From: an uncultured delta proteobacterium
GTDB lineage: Bacteria; Myxococcota_A; Polyangia; Polyangiales; Houyiibacteriaceae
Assembly: GCA_963699755.1 (NCBI GenBank)
Contig: CAVOVB010000003.1
Location: 128,001 to 192,000 of the forward strand
Reading direction: 5' to 3'
DNA: 64,000 nucleotides
Shown here piece by piece: positions 38,524 to 48,004 of the stretch. The notes below the pieces were generated by a model. It ran no database searches. It saw only the letters and a list, made by a program, of their open reading frames with translations, and was not told the origin of the DNA. Position 1 is the first letter of the stretch, and each line of letters opens with the position of its first letter. Both the position numbers and the translations under genes were made by a program.

Positions 38524-39939
38524 TTACTTGCGCGTCATGCGCTCCAAGACCTTCTCACTGCGCTCCCCATAAGGCGGGACCATTCCCGAGAGTCGTTGAA
38601 GGTTGAGCCAGCCCTGCTTGTAGACCGCGCGCGGATGGCTGAAGGTCTTGAAGCCGTCGAATCCCCGGTATGCGCCCATCCCCGACGTCCCAACGCCACC
38701 GAAGGGCAGGTCCTCGATGCTCGCATGCACCATCACGTCGTTGATGCAGGTCCCTCCAGACAGTGTGCTGTCGAGCAACTGGCGCTGGGTCGTTTCGTCG
38801 TTGCTGAAAATGTAGAGGCCGAGAGGCCGAGGATGCGCATTGACATAGTCGCTACACTCTTCGAGGGTCTCGTAGGTCTTGACCGCCAACACCGGGCCGA
38901 AGATCTCCTCTTGCATGATCTTCAGCTCGTCGCCAGGGTTGATGACGAAGGTGAACGGGATCTTGTACGTTCCGTCCTGCCTGCTGAAGTCTTCCCCTGC
39001 CGGGTTGATCGCTCGGACGTCTAGGCCAGCGGACTCAGCTTCATCGACATAGGACCGCAGCCGTCGGTAGTGGCGTTCATTGATCACCGAGCAGCAATCC
39101 GGGTTCTCCCGCACCGTCGGAAACATCTCGGCCGTCCAAGTCGCCGCGTGCCGAATGAAGTCCTCGAGTTGCTCCTCGGCGACCATGATGTAGTCGGGTC
39201 CCAGGCAGGCCTGCCCGGAGTTGAGGGCTTTGCCCGTCATGATGCGAACCGCCGCTTCTTCGAGGTTTGCGTCGCGCGCAATGATGACCGGAGACTTCCC
39301 GCCGAGCTCGAGCGTGACCGGCGTGAGGTTGTCTGCGGCAGCTCTCATCACGAGCTTTCCGACGTTCGCCGAGCCGGTGAAGCAGAGATGATCGAACGGC
39401 AGCGCACAGAAGTCCGCCGCGACGTCCGGACCACCCGACACGCATGCGACCTCCGTCTCATCGAAACGGCTCGCGACCAGGCGCTCCATCAGTGCCGCGG
39501 TCGTGGGCGAGACTTCCGAGAACTTGAGCATGACCCGGTTCCCTGCAGCGAGCGCACCCGCCAGCGGCGAGAAGAGCGTGTTGACGGGAAAGTTCCAGGT
39601 ACCGAGGATACCGACGACGCCCTTGGGCCGATAGTCCACTCTGGCCTTTGCGCCGAAGAGCACATGAGGCATACCCGCGCGCCGCTTCTCTCCTTTCATC
39701 CAACGTCGGACATGCTTCTTCGCGTATTTTAGGCTTTCCATGGTGGCGTATACGTCACTCATCAGGGTCTGATGACGGGAGCGATTGCCGAAGTCCTGCT
39801 CGATCGCGTCCGCGATCTCAGTCTGGCTGTCTTGGATCAACGAAAGCGCTCTATCCAAGCGCTCGAGCCGCATCTCGGCGCTCGGGAGGCCTTCGGCGCT
39901 GAAGGCGGCTCTCTGCCTTTCTAATAGGGCTCTCATCAC
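38524..39939 (-). CDS. Coniferyl-aldehyde dehydrogenase-like aldehyde dehydrogenase
   Basis: PKGVVG..G.WNFP, FTGS..VG, LTPVTLELGGKSP, GQAC..PDY, EEIFGP, PFGGVG.SGMG.Y. Confidence 0.9.
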   Translation of the reverse strand: MMRALLERQRAAFSAEGLPSAEMRLERLDRALSLIQDSQTEIADAIEQDFGNRSRHQTLMSDVYATMESLKYAKKHVRRWMKGEKRRAGMPHVLFGAKARVDYRPKGVVGILGTWNFPVNTLFSPLAGALAAGNRVMLKFSEVSPTTAALMERLVASRFDETEVACVSGGPDVAADFCALPFDHLCFTGSANVGKLVMRAAADNLTPVTLELGGKSPVIIARDANLEEAAVRIMTGKALNSGQACLGPDYIMVAEEQLEDFIRHAATWTAEMFPTVRENPDCCSVINERHYRRLRSYVDEAESAGLDVRAINPAGEDFSRQDGTYKIPFTFVINPGDELKIMQEEIFGPVLAVKTYETLEECSDYVNAHPRPLGLYIFSNDETTQRQLLDSTLSGGTCINDVMVHASIEDLPFGGVGTSGMGAYRGFDGFKTFSHPRAVYKQGWLNLQRLSGMVPPYGERSEKVLERMTRK

Positions 39940-40799
39940 TGAGCGAGCTCGGGGTTTTTGCGCTCGAGGATGCTCTCGGTACGTACACGCAAACGTTCGT
40001 CGCTCTTTCCAAGCTCAGAGAGTATCCAGAAGCGGCCATGGCGAATGCCTTCGACCGCCATGTCGGCCACCTCCTCGGGCTCCGTGAGCTGGAACTCGAC
40101 CCCGGCGCTCTCGGCGAGTGCTTTCATGTCCACGTAGGTCGCAGGCTCCTGACCCTCGATGCGGAATTCGTCGGGTCGGACGCGATCGGAGTTCAGGATG
40201 TTGGTGTTGACCAGGTGCGGCCCCGGGAACAGGACGTGGGCTTGCAGCTTTGCCTGATCCATCAGGAGCTGAAAGTGCAAGACCTCGGTGAGGCTGGTGA
40301 CGGCAGCCTTCGAGGAGGCGTAGACCGGGGTCGTCGGCAAAGAGGCAATCCCTCCGTTGCCCGAGGAGGTATTGATCACGTGCCCTTCCTCTCCGCGCTC
40401 CAGCATCCTTGGCACGAAGGCGCGAATCCCGTTGGTGACCCCCATGACGTTCACCGCGTAGGTCCACTGCCAATCTTTTTCGGGAATCGTCCAGATGCGC
40501 CGCTTGGCTTCCTTGATGCCGACGCCGGCGTTGTTGAAGAGCAGATGCACATTGCCGTAGGTCTCGAACACGCGCTGTGCCAGCGCGTCCACGGACTCCG
40601 CGCGCGTGACGTCGACCTCCATGCCGTCGATCGTGAGCCCCTGAATTGCCAGCTCGTCGCGCGTTCTCGCGATCGACTCCGCGTCGACATCCGCGATGAG
40701 CACCTGGGCGCCTTCGCCCGCCAGCCTGGCAGCAATCGCGCGCCCGACGCCGCTCGCGCCTCCGGTGATGACGGCCACCTTCTCGGAGAAGTCGCGCAC
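39936..40799 (-). CDS. Short-chain dehydrogenase/reductase
   Basis: TGGASGVG, NNAG, YASSK; start GTG 40799 just after the upstream stop (ORF track extension overlaps the neighbour). Confidence 0.9.
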   Translation of the reverse strand: MRDFSEKVAVITGGASGVGRAIAARLAGEGAQVLIADVDAESIARTRDELAIQGLTIDGMEVDVTRAESVDALAQRVFETYGNVHLLFNNAGVGIKEAKRRIWTIPEKDWQWTYAVNVMGVTNGIRAFVPRMLERGEEGHVINTSSGNGGIASLPTTPVYASSKAAVTSLTEVLHFQLLMDQAKLQAHVLFPGPHLVNTNILNSDRVRPDEFRIEGQEPATYVDMKALAESAGVEFQLTEPEEVADMAVEGIRHGRFWILSELGKSDERLRVRTESILERKNPELAQ

Positions 40800-40800
40800 C

Positions 40801-41631
40801 CTACTGCTGCTCCTCGGACCCGAGGAGGACCTCGATGCCTTCCTGCGGTTCGTCATATCGTTGAACGAGGAAGGGCTGCAGCCACTGGCCGGGCACGGAA
40901 CGGAGCACTTCTCCGCTCGTCCTCGAAGCTCCTTCGGCGAATTCCATGCGGAGGAGTCGCTTGACCGGGACATCGATCAGCGGGTCGTGGGGAGACTCAC
41001 GAAGAATGATGCGACCATCCTCGATGCGCCTGAGTGAATCATAGTCACGCTCCCAGGTGAGCAGCGTCAACAGGACGTCGCCATCGAATCCGCCGTTCTC
41101 ATTGGATTCCGGGACAGCCGCGGGGAGCGCCTTGTAGCAGTAGAAGTGCTCGGCGAACTTCTTCGGGCCATCCGATGCCTCGCCAATCCTTCCATCGAGC
41201 TCGAGAAACGCGACGCCGTGCCGCGCCACTTTGGCGTTCACCCGGTCGCCAGCGATCGAGAAGCTCGTCTCGGCGAGCTTCTTCGGCTCCCCGTATTTCT
41301 CGCGGCCGCCGATCACGACGAACTCGCCTTCCATCGGCATGGCGAGCACGTAGTAGCCGGGGCGACCTTCGTAGGAGCATGCGACGCCTACGGTGGCGGC
41401 GCCGATCCGTACCGTTCGCTCTTCGGAGAAGTGCATCGCCACGTTCGCAAACTGCACGAAGATCTCCGAAGCGGATGACGCTTCGAGCGGCCGCGGCAAG
41501 AGCGCCTTGGCGATCTCCGGCTCAGTTTCGTAGAGCGCGCGAATCGACTGGACGGTGTGGCGAATTTTGGCGCCGACAGCCTTCTTTGGGGCTTCCTCGG
41601 AGCTGTTCTTCACGTAACGCAGGCGCGCCAT
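40801..41631 (-). CDS. Acetoacetate decarboxylase-like family protein
   Basis: 'YETEP......LP.PL', GGREKYGEPKK (Schiff-base Lys motif), 'DP..DVPV'. Confidence 0.82.
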   Translation of the reverse strand: MARLRYVKNSSEEAPKKAVGAKIRHTVQSIRALYETEPEIAKALLPRPLEASSASEIFVQFANVAMHFSEERTVRIGAATVGVACSYEGRPGYYVLAMPMEGEFVVIGGREKYGEPKKLAETSFSIAGDRVNAKVARHGVAFLELDGRIGEASDGPKKFAEHFYCYKALPAAVPESNENGGFDGDVLLTLLTWERDYDSLRRIEDGRIILRESPHDPLIDVPVKRLLRMEFAEGASRTSGEVLRSVPGQWLQPFLVQRYDEPQEGIEVLLGSEEQQ

Positions 41632-41636
41632 CTTCG

Positions 41637-42845
41637 TTAGTCCTGGCTCGCCTGTGCGACGAAAAGGTTCTTCTCCGGGCCAACACGGCGTGCAATCTCG
41701 CTCAGCGCCACGGGGTCGAGGTCATAACATGCGATGGCGTTGGTCCCCAGCATCTTCGTGAGCTCCTGCTCGGGAATACCGGTCATGTACTTCAGCATCT
41801 TTTCGCGAGTGTGAGGCCAACAACCCTCGGGATGCGGAAAGTCCGTGCCCCACATGACGTTGTCGATCCCGATTTCGTGGCGGACCGCCGTGCTGCCCTC
41901 ATCGAAGAGAGCAGACGCGCTCAACCAGCAGTTGCGGTCGAAGTATTCGCTTGGCTTCATGGTCAGATTGGATCGGAAATCGCCCAGCTTGCCGCTCGTG
42001 TGTTTCACCGAGGCACGGACGTCCATCATTTCGAGCATGGAGGGCACCCAAAACTCACTCACTTCGGTGAGGCAGTACTTGAGCCTCGGGAATTTCTCGA
42101 AGACGCCGCCAAAGATCATGTGCCAGAGGGGACGCGCCGCCCACCAAGCGAACTCGACCAAAAAGACCCCCATCGCACCTGGAAGCTCGAAATTGTAGTC
42201 GGGGGAAGGTCCGGAATGGTTGTGGACGACCATGCCCCGCTCTTCGCAGGCCTGCCAGACCGGGTAGTGCTTGGGGTGATTGTATGGATCGTAGTCGCCC
42301 ATGAGCGCTGGAATCAGAATTCCCTTTAGGCCGTTGTCGTGTGCCCACTCGACTTCCCTCACGGCCTGCTCGGCATCGTAGAGCATCGGGACGACGGCCA
42401 GGCCGATTCGTCGCAGCGGCACCATCTGACAGAACTCCGCAATCCAGCGATTGTGTGCCCGCGCGCCTGCCCATTGCAATTCCGGGTCCACGCCCCAGGG
42501 CTTGAGGCTCAGGCCTGCACCGAAGGGCGGTGCGTTTCGCTCGGTGATGCCATCTGGAAAAAGGACTTCGGCCGCGACGCCATCCTCATCGATGACCTCG
42601 ATCCGAAGGTCGGAGTCCCAGGCGGCTGCGAGCTTGGCTTCGTTGCCGCTCCGCCATTTCTCGTTGTAGTCCTTGATGAGGAAGTCTTTTTCTCGCGCCG
42701 CCCGCATCGCGACTTCTGCGGCTACGTGCAAGTCGAATGCATCCCGGTGCTGTGGATCGACGTAGTCCCGATACTTCTCGGGCAAGAGGCCCGCATGCCC
42801 GTCTGTGGAGACGATCAAGTAGCGGTCTTCGGCAGGCTTCGGCAT
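41637..42845 (-). CDS. Amidohydrolase_2 family metal-dependent hydrolase
   Basis: STDGHAG, AHNRWIAEFC, HNH, GGVFEKFPRLK, MWGTDFPHPEG. Confidence 0.88.
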   Translation of the reverse strand: MPKPAEDRYLIVSTDGHAGLLPEKYRDYVDPQHRDAFDLHVAAEVAMRAAREKDFLIKDYNEKWRSGNEAKLAAAWDSDLRIEVIDEDGVAAEVLFPDGITERNAPPFGAGLSLKPWGVDPELQWAGARAHNRWIAEFCQMVPLRRIGLAVVPMLYDAEQAVREVEWAHDNGLKGILIPALMGDYDPYNHPKHYPVWQACEERGMVVHNHSGPSPDYNFELPGAMGVFLVEFAWWAARPLWHMIFGGVFEKFPRLKYCLTEVSEFWVPSMLEMMDVRASVKHTSGKLGDFRSNLTMKPSEYFDRNCWLSASALFDEGSTAVRHEIGIDNVMWGTDFPHPEGCWPHTREKMLKYMTGIPEQELTKMLGTNAIACYDLDPVALSEIARRVGPEKNLFVAQASQD

Positions 42846-42855
42846 GGCTCTCTCG

Positions 42856-43821
42856 TCAGGGCGCGGTCGCGTCGCTGAAGAACGAAGTGTACCACTTCCG
42901 GACCTCTCCGATCGGGCCGTCGCCGTCTGCGAAGATCGGCTGGTCGCGCCAGCGTTTGTTCTCCCAGATGGCCACGTCCTCGAAGTAGCCGTTGCGGGCT
43001 GCCGCCACGTGCGCTTCGAGAACGGCCGGGGGAAGGGTCACACCTCTTCCTGCCTTGAGGATGACCCCGAAGCGCAAGAGGAGCTCGTTCTCCTCGATGG
43101 GGGTGTGCGCGTTGATCAAGACCATGTCGTAGGCCCATTGCAGACGGGTAAACTGAATCGCGGGGCCATGATAGGTGGCGACCGAGACGACTGGGATCGG
43201 CTCTCCCTTGAGGTTGTGGCCCCGGCCGAGTGAACGCTGGGTGGCGCGTGGGCCATCGATGATCACCTGGAAGTCATCGATGAGCGTGTTGTGCACCGGC
43301 AGGAAGTGCGCGAGGTCGGCGATGTTCTCGATGACTTCGCGAGGATGGGTGGCGATTTGGATCTGAGCGCGCTGAAGCGGCGTCCAGGCGTCGTCGTCCA
43401 TCTCCTCGATCGGGGGAACCTGGTAGTCGGGTTCAGAGCCCTCGGCGCCGAAGTACGCTAGGATCATTCCGCTGTGTTCCTGAACCCGATATGCGCGGAC
43501 GGAGGCTCGAGGAGGTATGCGAGATGCGTATGGTACCTCGGTGCAACGCCCCGAGGCCCCAAAGCGCCATGCGTGGAAGGGGCAGCGGATTTCGTTGCCC
43601 TCGACGCGCCCCCCGTAGCCCAGGTGGGCGCCGAGGTGGGGGCAGTGCGCATCGAGCAGGGTGGCCTGGCCATCCTCGCCTCGAAACAAGACGTAATCTT
43701 TGCCAAAGTAGCGAAGCGGCTTCACTCCACCAGGCTCGAGGTCGGCGCTCCAAGCGACGAGGTACCAGCCTCTGGCGAATGCCGCCGGGAACCCGGCCTT
43801 ACGCGCGAGCGAGTCTTGCAT
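42856..43821 (-). CDS. Rieske non-heme iron oxygenase, KshA/Neverland-like
   Basis: CPHLGAHL...CPFHAWRF Rieske site; ENIADLAHFLPVH and EDVAIWENK mononuclear Fe motifs. Start ATG 43821 preferred (6 nt after a -10 box). Confidence 0.88.
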   Translation of the reverse strand: MQDSLARKAGFPAAFARGWYLVAWSADLEPGGVKPLRYFGKDYVLFRGEDGQATLLDAHCPHLGAHLGYGGRVEGNEIRCPFHAWRFGASGRCTEVPYASRIPPRASVRAYRVQEHSGMILAYFGAEGSEPDYQVPPIEEMDDDAWTPLQRAQIQIATHPREVIENIADLAHFLPVHNTLIDDFQVIIDGPRATQRSLGRGHNLKGEPIPVVSVATYHGPAIQFTRLQWAYDMVLINAHTPIEENELLLRFGVILKAGRGVTLPPAVLEAHVAAARNGYFEDVAIWENKRWRDQPIFADGDGPIGEVRKWYTSFFSDATAP

Positions 43822-43827
43822 CAGACA

Positions 43828-43882
43828 AGCATAGGCGCGCATCTGCCCTCGGAGTCATTGTGATTGGCTATCTAACCATTCG
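43828..43882 (-). promoter_or_regulatory. LysR-type operator plus -10 box, copy 1
   Basis: GAGTCATTGTGATTGGCTATCTAACCATTCG (43852-43882) is 26/31 identical to 52405-52435; minus-strand TATGCT at 43828-43833. Confidence 0.78.
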
Positions 43883-43899
43883 CGCGAGCTATACTTGAA

Positions 43900-44817
43900 A
43901 TGCCCATCCACGACGCGCTGAGCCGCCTGATCATCGACTTCGACGAAGCCCACGACGCATCGGGCGAGGTGCGAGCCCATGGCCTCATGCGCTTTGGCGC
44001 CGCGCTCGAGGGCCCGCCCGGACGCCTGCATGGAGGTCATCACGCGTTCGTGCGAACGCTTCCGATCGTCGAGCGCGTCACGGCACATGAGCACGCACGC
44101 ACGTTTCCATGCTCGATCGACGTCTCTTTGCAACAAGGGCTTCAGCTCGAAGAGAGCATTCCTTTCGAGGCCAACTATCGGGCGGACGGCGAGTCGTGGC
44201 AGCTCAGCACCCGGTTCCAGGGCACCGACCGCCTCGTCGCGCAGGCCCATTCGATCCCGGACGAGCCGCTACTCGACCCGGAGGAGCTCGGACGCTGGCG
44301 AGCGCTGTACGCGGAAACGAGTCGCGAGGATGACAGCTTCCAAATGTTCGGCTTCACCATCCATCTGTCGAAAAACGTGGTTTGGCTCGAGTCGCGCGAC
44401 CCGAAGAAGACAGTTCCGGACAGCCAGCACGCGGCGCTCGTCGACGCCAGCGGGATGCTGGGGCCAGCGTTCGTCAGCACACAGCTCGATACGGTGGGGG
44501 CGACGGCGCGCGGCGCTCTGATGCGGCACCCGCATTTCACGAAGCACATCGAGATTCAATTCGCCACGGGAAAAATTCCCGCCGAGATGCACCTGCTCTG
44601 TCTCGCGGATCGAACGAGGATCGAGGAAGACCCATCTTCGGAAACGGCGCCGGTAGAGATCAAGGGTGAGGTCTATGGCACTGCTCGTGTGCCTGTCGTT
44701 CTGGTCGACGCTTCGTTCGAGCAGGTGTTTGCGACCGGGAGGGTCACGGTGCACCCGGTCGACCCTGCGAAATTCGAGGCGCTCCAAAGAATGCGCCAGA
44801 TCCGCAAAGACCTCTAA
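43900..44817 (+). CDS. Hypothetical protein, possible hotdog-fold thioesterase-like
   Basis: EGPPGRLHGG motif typical of PaaI-type hotdog proteins; divergent from the Rieske gene. Confidence 0.55.
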   Translation: MPIHDALSRLIIDFDEAHDASGEVRAHGLMRFGAALEGPPGRLHGGHHAFVRTLPIVERVTAHEHARTFPCSIDVSLQQGLQLEESIPFEANYRADGESWQLSTRFQGTDRLVAQAHSIPDEPLLDPEELGRWRALYAETSREDDSFQMFGFTIHLSKNVVWLESRDPKKTVPDSQHAALVDASGMLGPAFVSTQLDTVGATARGALMRHPHFTKHIEIQFATGKIPAEMHLLCLADRTRIEEDPSSETAPVEIKGEVYGTARVPVVLVDASFEQVFATGRVTVHPVDPAKFEALQRMRQIRKDL

Positions 44818-44826
44818 GAAAAAGGC

Positions 44827-45603
44827 CTAGATGGCCGTCCAGCCGCCGTCGACGGCAATCGTTTGACCGATCACATAGCTAGACGCATCCGACGCCAAGA
44901 AGATGAGCGTGCCAGCGAGCTCTTCGACTTCGCCTGGGCGGCCCGCCGGCGTCTTCTTGCGCAGCCAAGCCATCGAGCGCTCATCCGCGAACATGTCTTC
45001 GGTGATCTCGGAAGGGAAAAAAGCAGGCGCAATCGCATTGACGCGAACGCCGCGACGCGCCCATTGTGCTCCAAGCTCACGCGTCATGTTGACGACGGCG
45101 CCCTTGCTGGCCACGTAGCCAGCCTGCGGAATGGCTCCTGAGCCGACGATGCCGAAGATCGATGCAACGTTGATGATGGAGCCTTTCCCCGCCTCCAACA
45201 TGATGCGGCCAAACCGCTGCGCGCAGTAGAACGTACCGTTCAGATTGACGTCGAGGACGCGAAGGAAGGCCTCTTCGCTTTCGTTCTCCGCAGGGACGAC
45301 TTCAGTGGTCCCCGCGTTGTTGACGAGGATGTCGACTCGGCCAAAGCGTTCGAGGCACGCATCCTTGAGAGCTTCGACCTGGCGCGAGTCCGTTACGTCG
45401 CAGGCGAAAGGCAAAACCTCCACGCCGCCTACTCCGAGCTCTTCGGCCAATGCATCGAGGCGGTCTGCCCGACGAGCCGCCAACACCAGGTGCGCCCGAG
45501 CGCCCGCCAGTGCTCGCGCGAATCCCACGCCAAGTCCCGAGGACGCGCCGGTCACCACTGCAACGCGCCCGGACAGTCCAAAAAGGTCTTCGACAGCACT
45601 CAT
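44827..45603 (-). CDS. Short-chain dehydrogenase/reductase (FabG-like)
   Basis: TGASSGLG, NNAG, YVASKG, VDGG. Confidence 0.92.
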   Translation of the reverse strand: MSAVEDLFGLSGRVAVVTGASSGLGVGFARALAGARAHLVLAARRADRLDALAEELGVGGVEVLPFACDVTDSRQVEALKDACLERFGRVDILVNNAGTTEVVPAENESEEAFLRVLDVNLNGTFYCAQRFGRIMLEAGKGSIINVASIFGIVGSGAIPQAGYVASKGAVVNMTRELGAQWARRGVRVNAIAPAFFPSEITEDMFADERSMAWLRKKTPAGRPGEVEELAGTLIFLASDASSYVIGQTIAVDGGWTAI

Positions 45604-45668
45604 CTTCGCCGGCCCTCTCCTCGGCTGAAGCGGACACTAGCAAACTTGGAGGCCGGCAGCGGGAAGTA

Positions 45669-46580
45669 CTAGGAGAAACGCCCCCGAGTCCCGCCCGGGA
45701 GGTCGAGCAGGCTCGCTGCCTCGGCGGGCGTGGCGATGGGGCGGCCGACTCGTCGGGCTAGGGCCGCCGCCTCCTGCACCAGTGTTTCGTTTGTCGGCTG
45801 TCTGTTGCCGGAGTGTTCCTCTAGGCCGACGTGGAGGTGACCGCCGTGCTCGAGCGCGAGGCGCGCAATGGGGGTTTCGAGGAGATCACCGCCCCAGACC
45901 GATACGGACCAGGGAAGCCGACTGCCTTCGATCATGTCGAGGTAGGCGAGCAGGGCGTTCTTGCTGGGTGGAAGCCCGAAGCTCACTCCAGGGCCCTTTC
46001 CGAACATCCCATAGGGGCCGCCGAAGTAGAGCTTGAGCATGGCGCCCCTCGGAAGCCGGCCTGCACGGAAGTAGGCGAGGGCGGTTTGAAGGAAGCCTGG
46101 TTCGTAAATCGCCAAGCTGGGCCCGAGCTGGTGTTGCTCGCAGAAGGCGAAGCTCCGGCGAATGTCCTCGTAGCTGTTGTAGTACACGACGCCGATGGGC
46201 AGGCCGTCTGGGTCGGGGCGGCCGAGGTTCGTCGAGCCTGGGTCGACGACCCCGATGCGCAGCGGCACTTCGCTCGCGAGGATGGCGATGTGTTCGAGCA
46301 CCTCGTCCACGTTGCTGCCGCCCGAGAGAGTTGGATACCAAAGCGCATCGGGATGTCGTTCGAGAATCACGCGCCATGCTTGGAGGTAGTCGTTTGCGGC
46401 CGCCTTCCCCGTGAGCTTGTAGTCTGAGTTGTGGGCGTGAATGATCGACGCGCCTGCGTCGAGACAGCGGTACGTGTCTTCGATGATCTCTGACGGCTCG
46501 CGCGGAACGTTCGGATTGCGCCTCTTGGAGCTGCCCCCGTTGATCGCGGCCTCGATGATGACCGGCATCTCGCCGCTCAT
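45669..46580 (-). CDS. Beta-keto acid cleavage enzyme family (DUF849/BKACE)
   Basis: IIEAAING, NPNVP..P.EI, AGASIIHAH, GGHLHVGLE, N..LV...GRPIATP; ATG 46580 overlaps the upstream stop. Confidence 0.85.
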   Translation of the reverse strand: MSGEMPVIIEAAINGGSSKRRNPNVPREPSEIIEDTYRCLDAGASIIHAHNSDYKLTGKAAANDYLQAWRVILERHPDALWYPTLSGGSNVDEVLEHIAILASEVPLRIGVVDPGSTNLGRPDPDGLPIGVVYYNSYEDIRRSFAFCEQHQLGPSLAIYEPGFLQTALAYFRAGRLPRGAMLKLYFGGPYGMFGKGPGVSFGLPPSKNALLAYLDMIEGSRLPWSVSVWGGDLLETPIARLALEHGGHLHVGLEEHSGNRQPTNETLVQEAAALARRVGRPIATPAEAASLLDLPGGTRGRFS

Positions 46581-48004
46581 GGGCAGGCCCCCATCAAGGC
46601 CTTGGTCTCGAGGAGCTCCTCGAAGCCTTCGACGCCCCACTCTCGACCATTGCCGGACTTCTTGTAGCCGCCGAAGGGCGAATTGAAGTCGGCGGTCGCG
46701 CCATTGATGTGCACCTGGCCGGTACGCAGCTTGGAAGCGACCGCGACGGCGTGCTGCAAGCTCCCCGAATAGACGTAGCCGGATAGGCCGTACTCGCTGT
46801 CGTTGGCGAGCTCGATCGCCTCCTCTTCGGTGTCGTAGGGAAGGACGGCGATTACCGGGCCGAAGATCTCTTCGCGGGCGATGCTCATGTCGTTGCGCAC
46901 GTTGCCGAATACCGTTGGCTTCACGTACAAGCCGGTGTTGAGGCCTTTCGGCTTGCCGAGGCCTCCGCAGACCAGCTGGGCGCCTTCCTCGATGCCCGTC
47001 TGGATCAGCGCTTGGATCTTCTCGTACTGCGCCGCGTGCGCGACCGGACCCATCGTGGTGTCCGGATCGGCCGGGTCGCCGATCGCGAGGCTGACAGCCA
47101 CCCGCTTTGCGAGCTCGAGCGCCTCGGACTGATGGCTCCGATGCACGAACATGCGGCTCGGAGCGTTGCAGGACTGGCCGCTGTTGCCAAAGCACTTCTG
47201 GACGCCATGCGTGACGGCCTCCTTCAGGTCGGCATCCCCGAGCACGATGTTGGCAGACTTGCCTCCGAGCTCCTGAGTCACTCGCTTGACCGAGTCAGCC
47301 GCCGCCTTCGCGACCAATACGCCTGCACGCGTCGAGCCAGTGATCGAGACCATGTCGATGTCCGGATGGGCCGAAATCGCAGTCCCTACGCCTGCCCCAT
47401 CTCCATTGACGAGGTTGAACACCCCGGCGGGCACAGCCGCCGCTTCCATGATCTCGGCCAGGATGATGGCGCTCAAGGGCGTCACCTCGCTCGGCTTGAG
47501 CACCATCGTGCAACCGGCAGCCAGCGCCGGCGCGACCTTGCAGAGGATCTGATGCATTGGCCAGTTCCACGGTGTGATGAAGCCGCAGACGCCGATGGGC
47601 TCCTTGATAATCAGGGTTTTTCCGCGTGTCCGCTGAAACTCGTAGTCCTTCAAGACCTCGAGGGCGATCTCGAGCTGCGTCAGGCCCATGGGCGCCTGCG
47701 CACTGCGGGCAAGAGAGATCGGAGCGCCCATCTCCATCGAGATGGTCGAGGCGAGGTCCTCGAGCCGCTCTTCGTAACAGGTGATCACCCTGTGCAAGAG
47801 GGCCAGGCGCTCGGCCTTGGATGTGGGCGCATAGCTTGCGAACGCCGTCCTGGCCGCCGTCACCGCACGTTCGACATCGCCTGCGCTACCGAGGGAGACA
47901 CGCCCAAACGCTTCTTCGGTAGCGGGGTTGATGAGGTCGATGACCTTCGGCGCCAGGGGCTCGACCCATTCCCCGTCGATGTAGAGCCTCGAGCCTTCAC
48001 GCAT
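46577..48004 (-). CDS. Aldehyde dehydrogenase
   Basis: LYIDGEW, ITPWNWP, LKPSE, TGS, ELGGKS, GQSCNAP, EEIFGP, PFGGYKKSG; start ATG 48004. Confidence 0.93.
   Translation of the reverse strand: MREGSRLYIDGEWVEPLAPKVIDLINPATEEAFGRVSLGSAGDVERAVTAARTAFASYAPTSKAERLALLHRVITCYEERLEDLASTISMEMGAPISLARSAQAPMGLTQLEIALEVLKDYEFQRTRGKTLIIKEPIGVCGFITPWNWPMHQILCKVAPALAAGCTMVLKPSEVTPLSAIILAEIMEAAAVPAGVFNLVNGDGAGVGTAISAHPDIDMVSITGSTRAGVLVAKAAADSVKRVTQELGGKSANIVLGDADLKEAVTHGVQKCFGNSGQSCNAPSRMFVHRSHQSEALELAKRVAVSLAIGDPADPDTTMGPVAHAAQYEKIQALIQTGIEEGAQLVCGGLGKPKGLNTGLYVKPTVFGNVRNDMSIAREEIFGPVIAVLPYDTEEEAIELANDSEYGLSGYVYSGSLQHAVAVASKLRTGQVHINGATADFNSPFGGYKKSGNGREWGVEGFEELLETKALMGACP

Noticed and set aside
40801..41631. 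Acetone-producing adc
   Set aside because: Only family-level motifs; the amidohydrolase/SDR context suggests another substrate.
46581..47195. N-terminal 205-aa extension of the BKACE ORF
   Set aside because: Out-of-frame overlap with the ALDH gene; the real start is the ATGA-coupled ATG at 46580.
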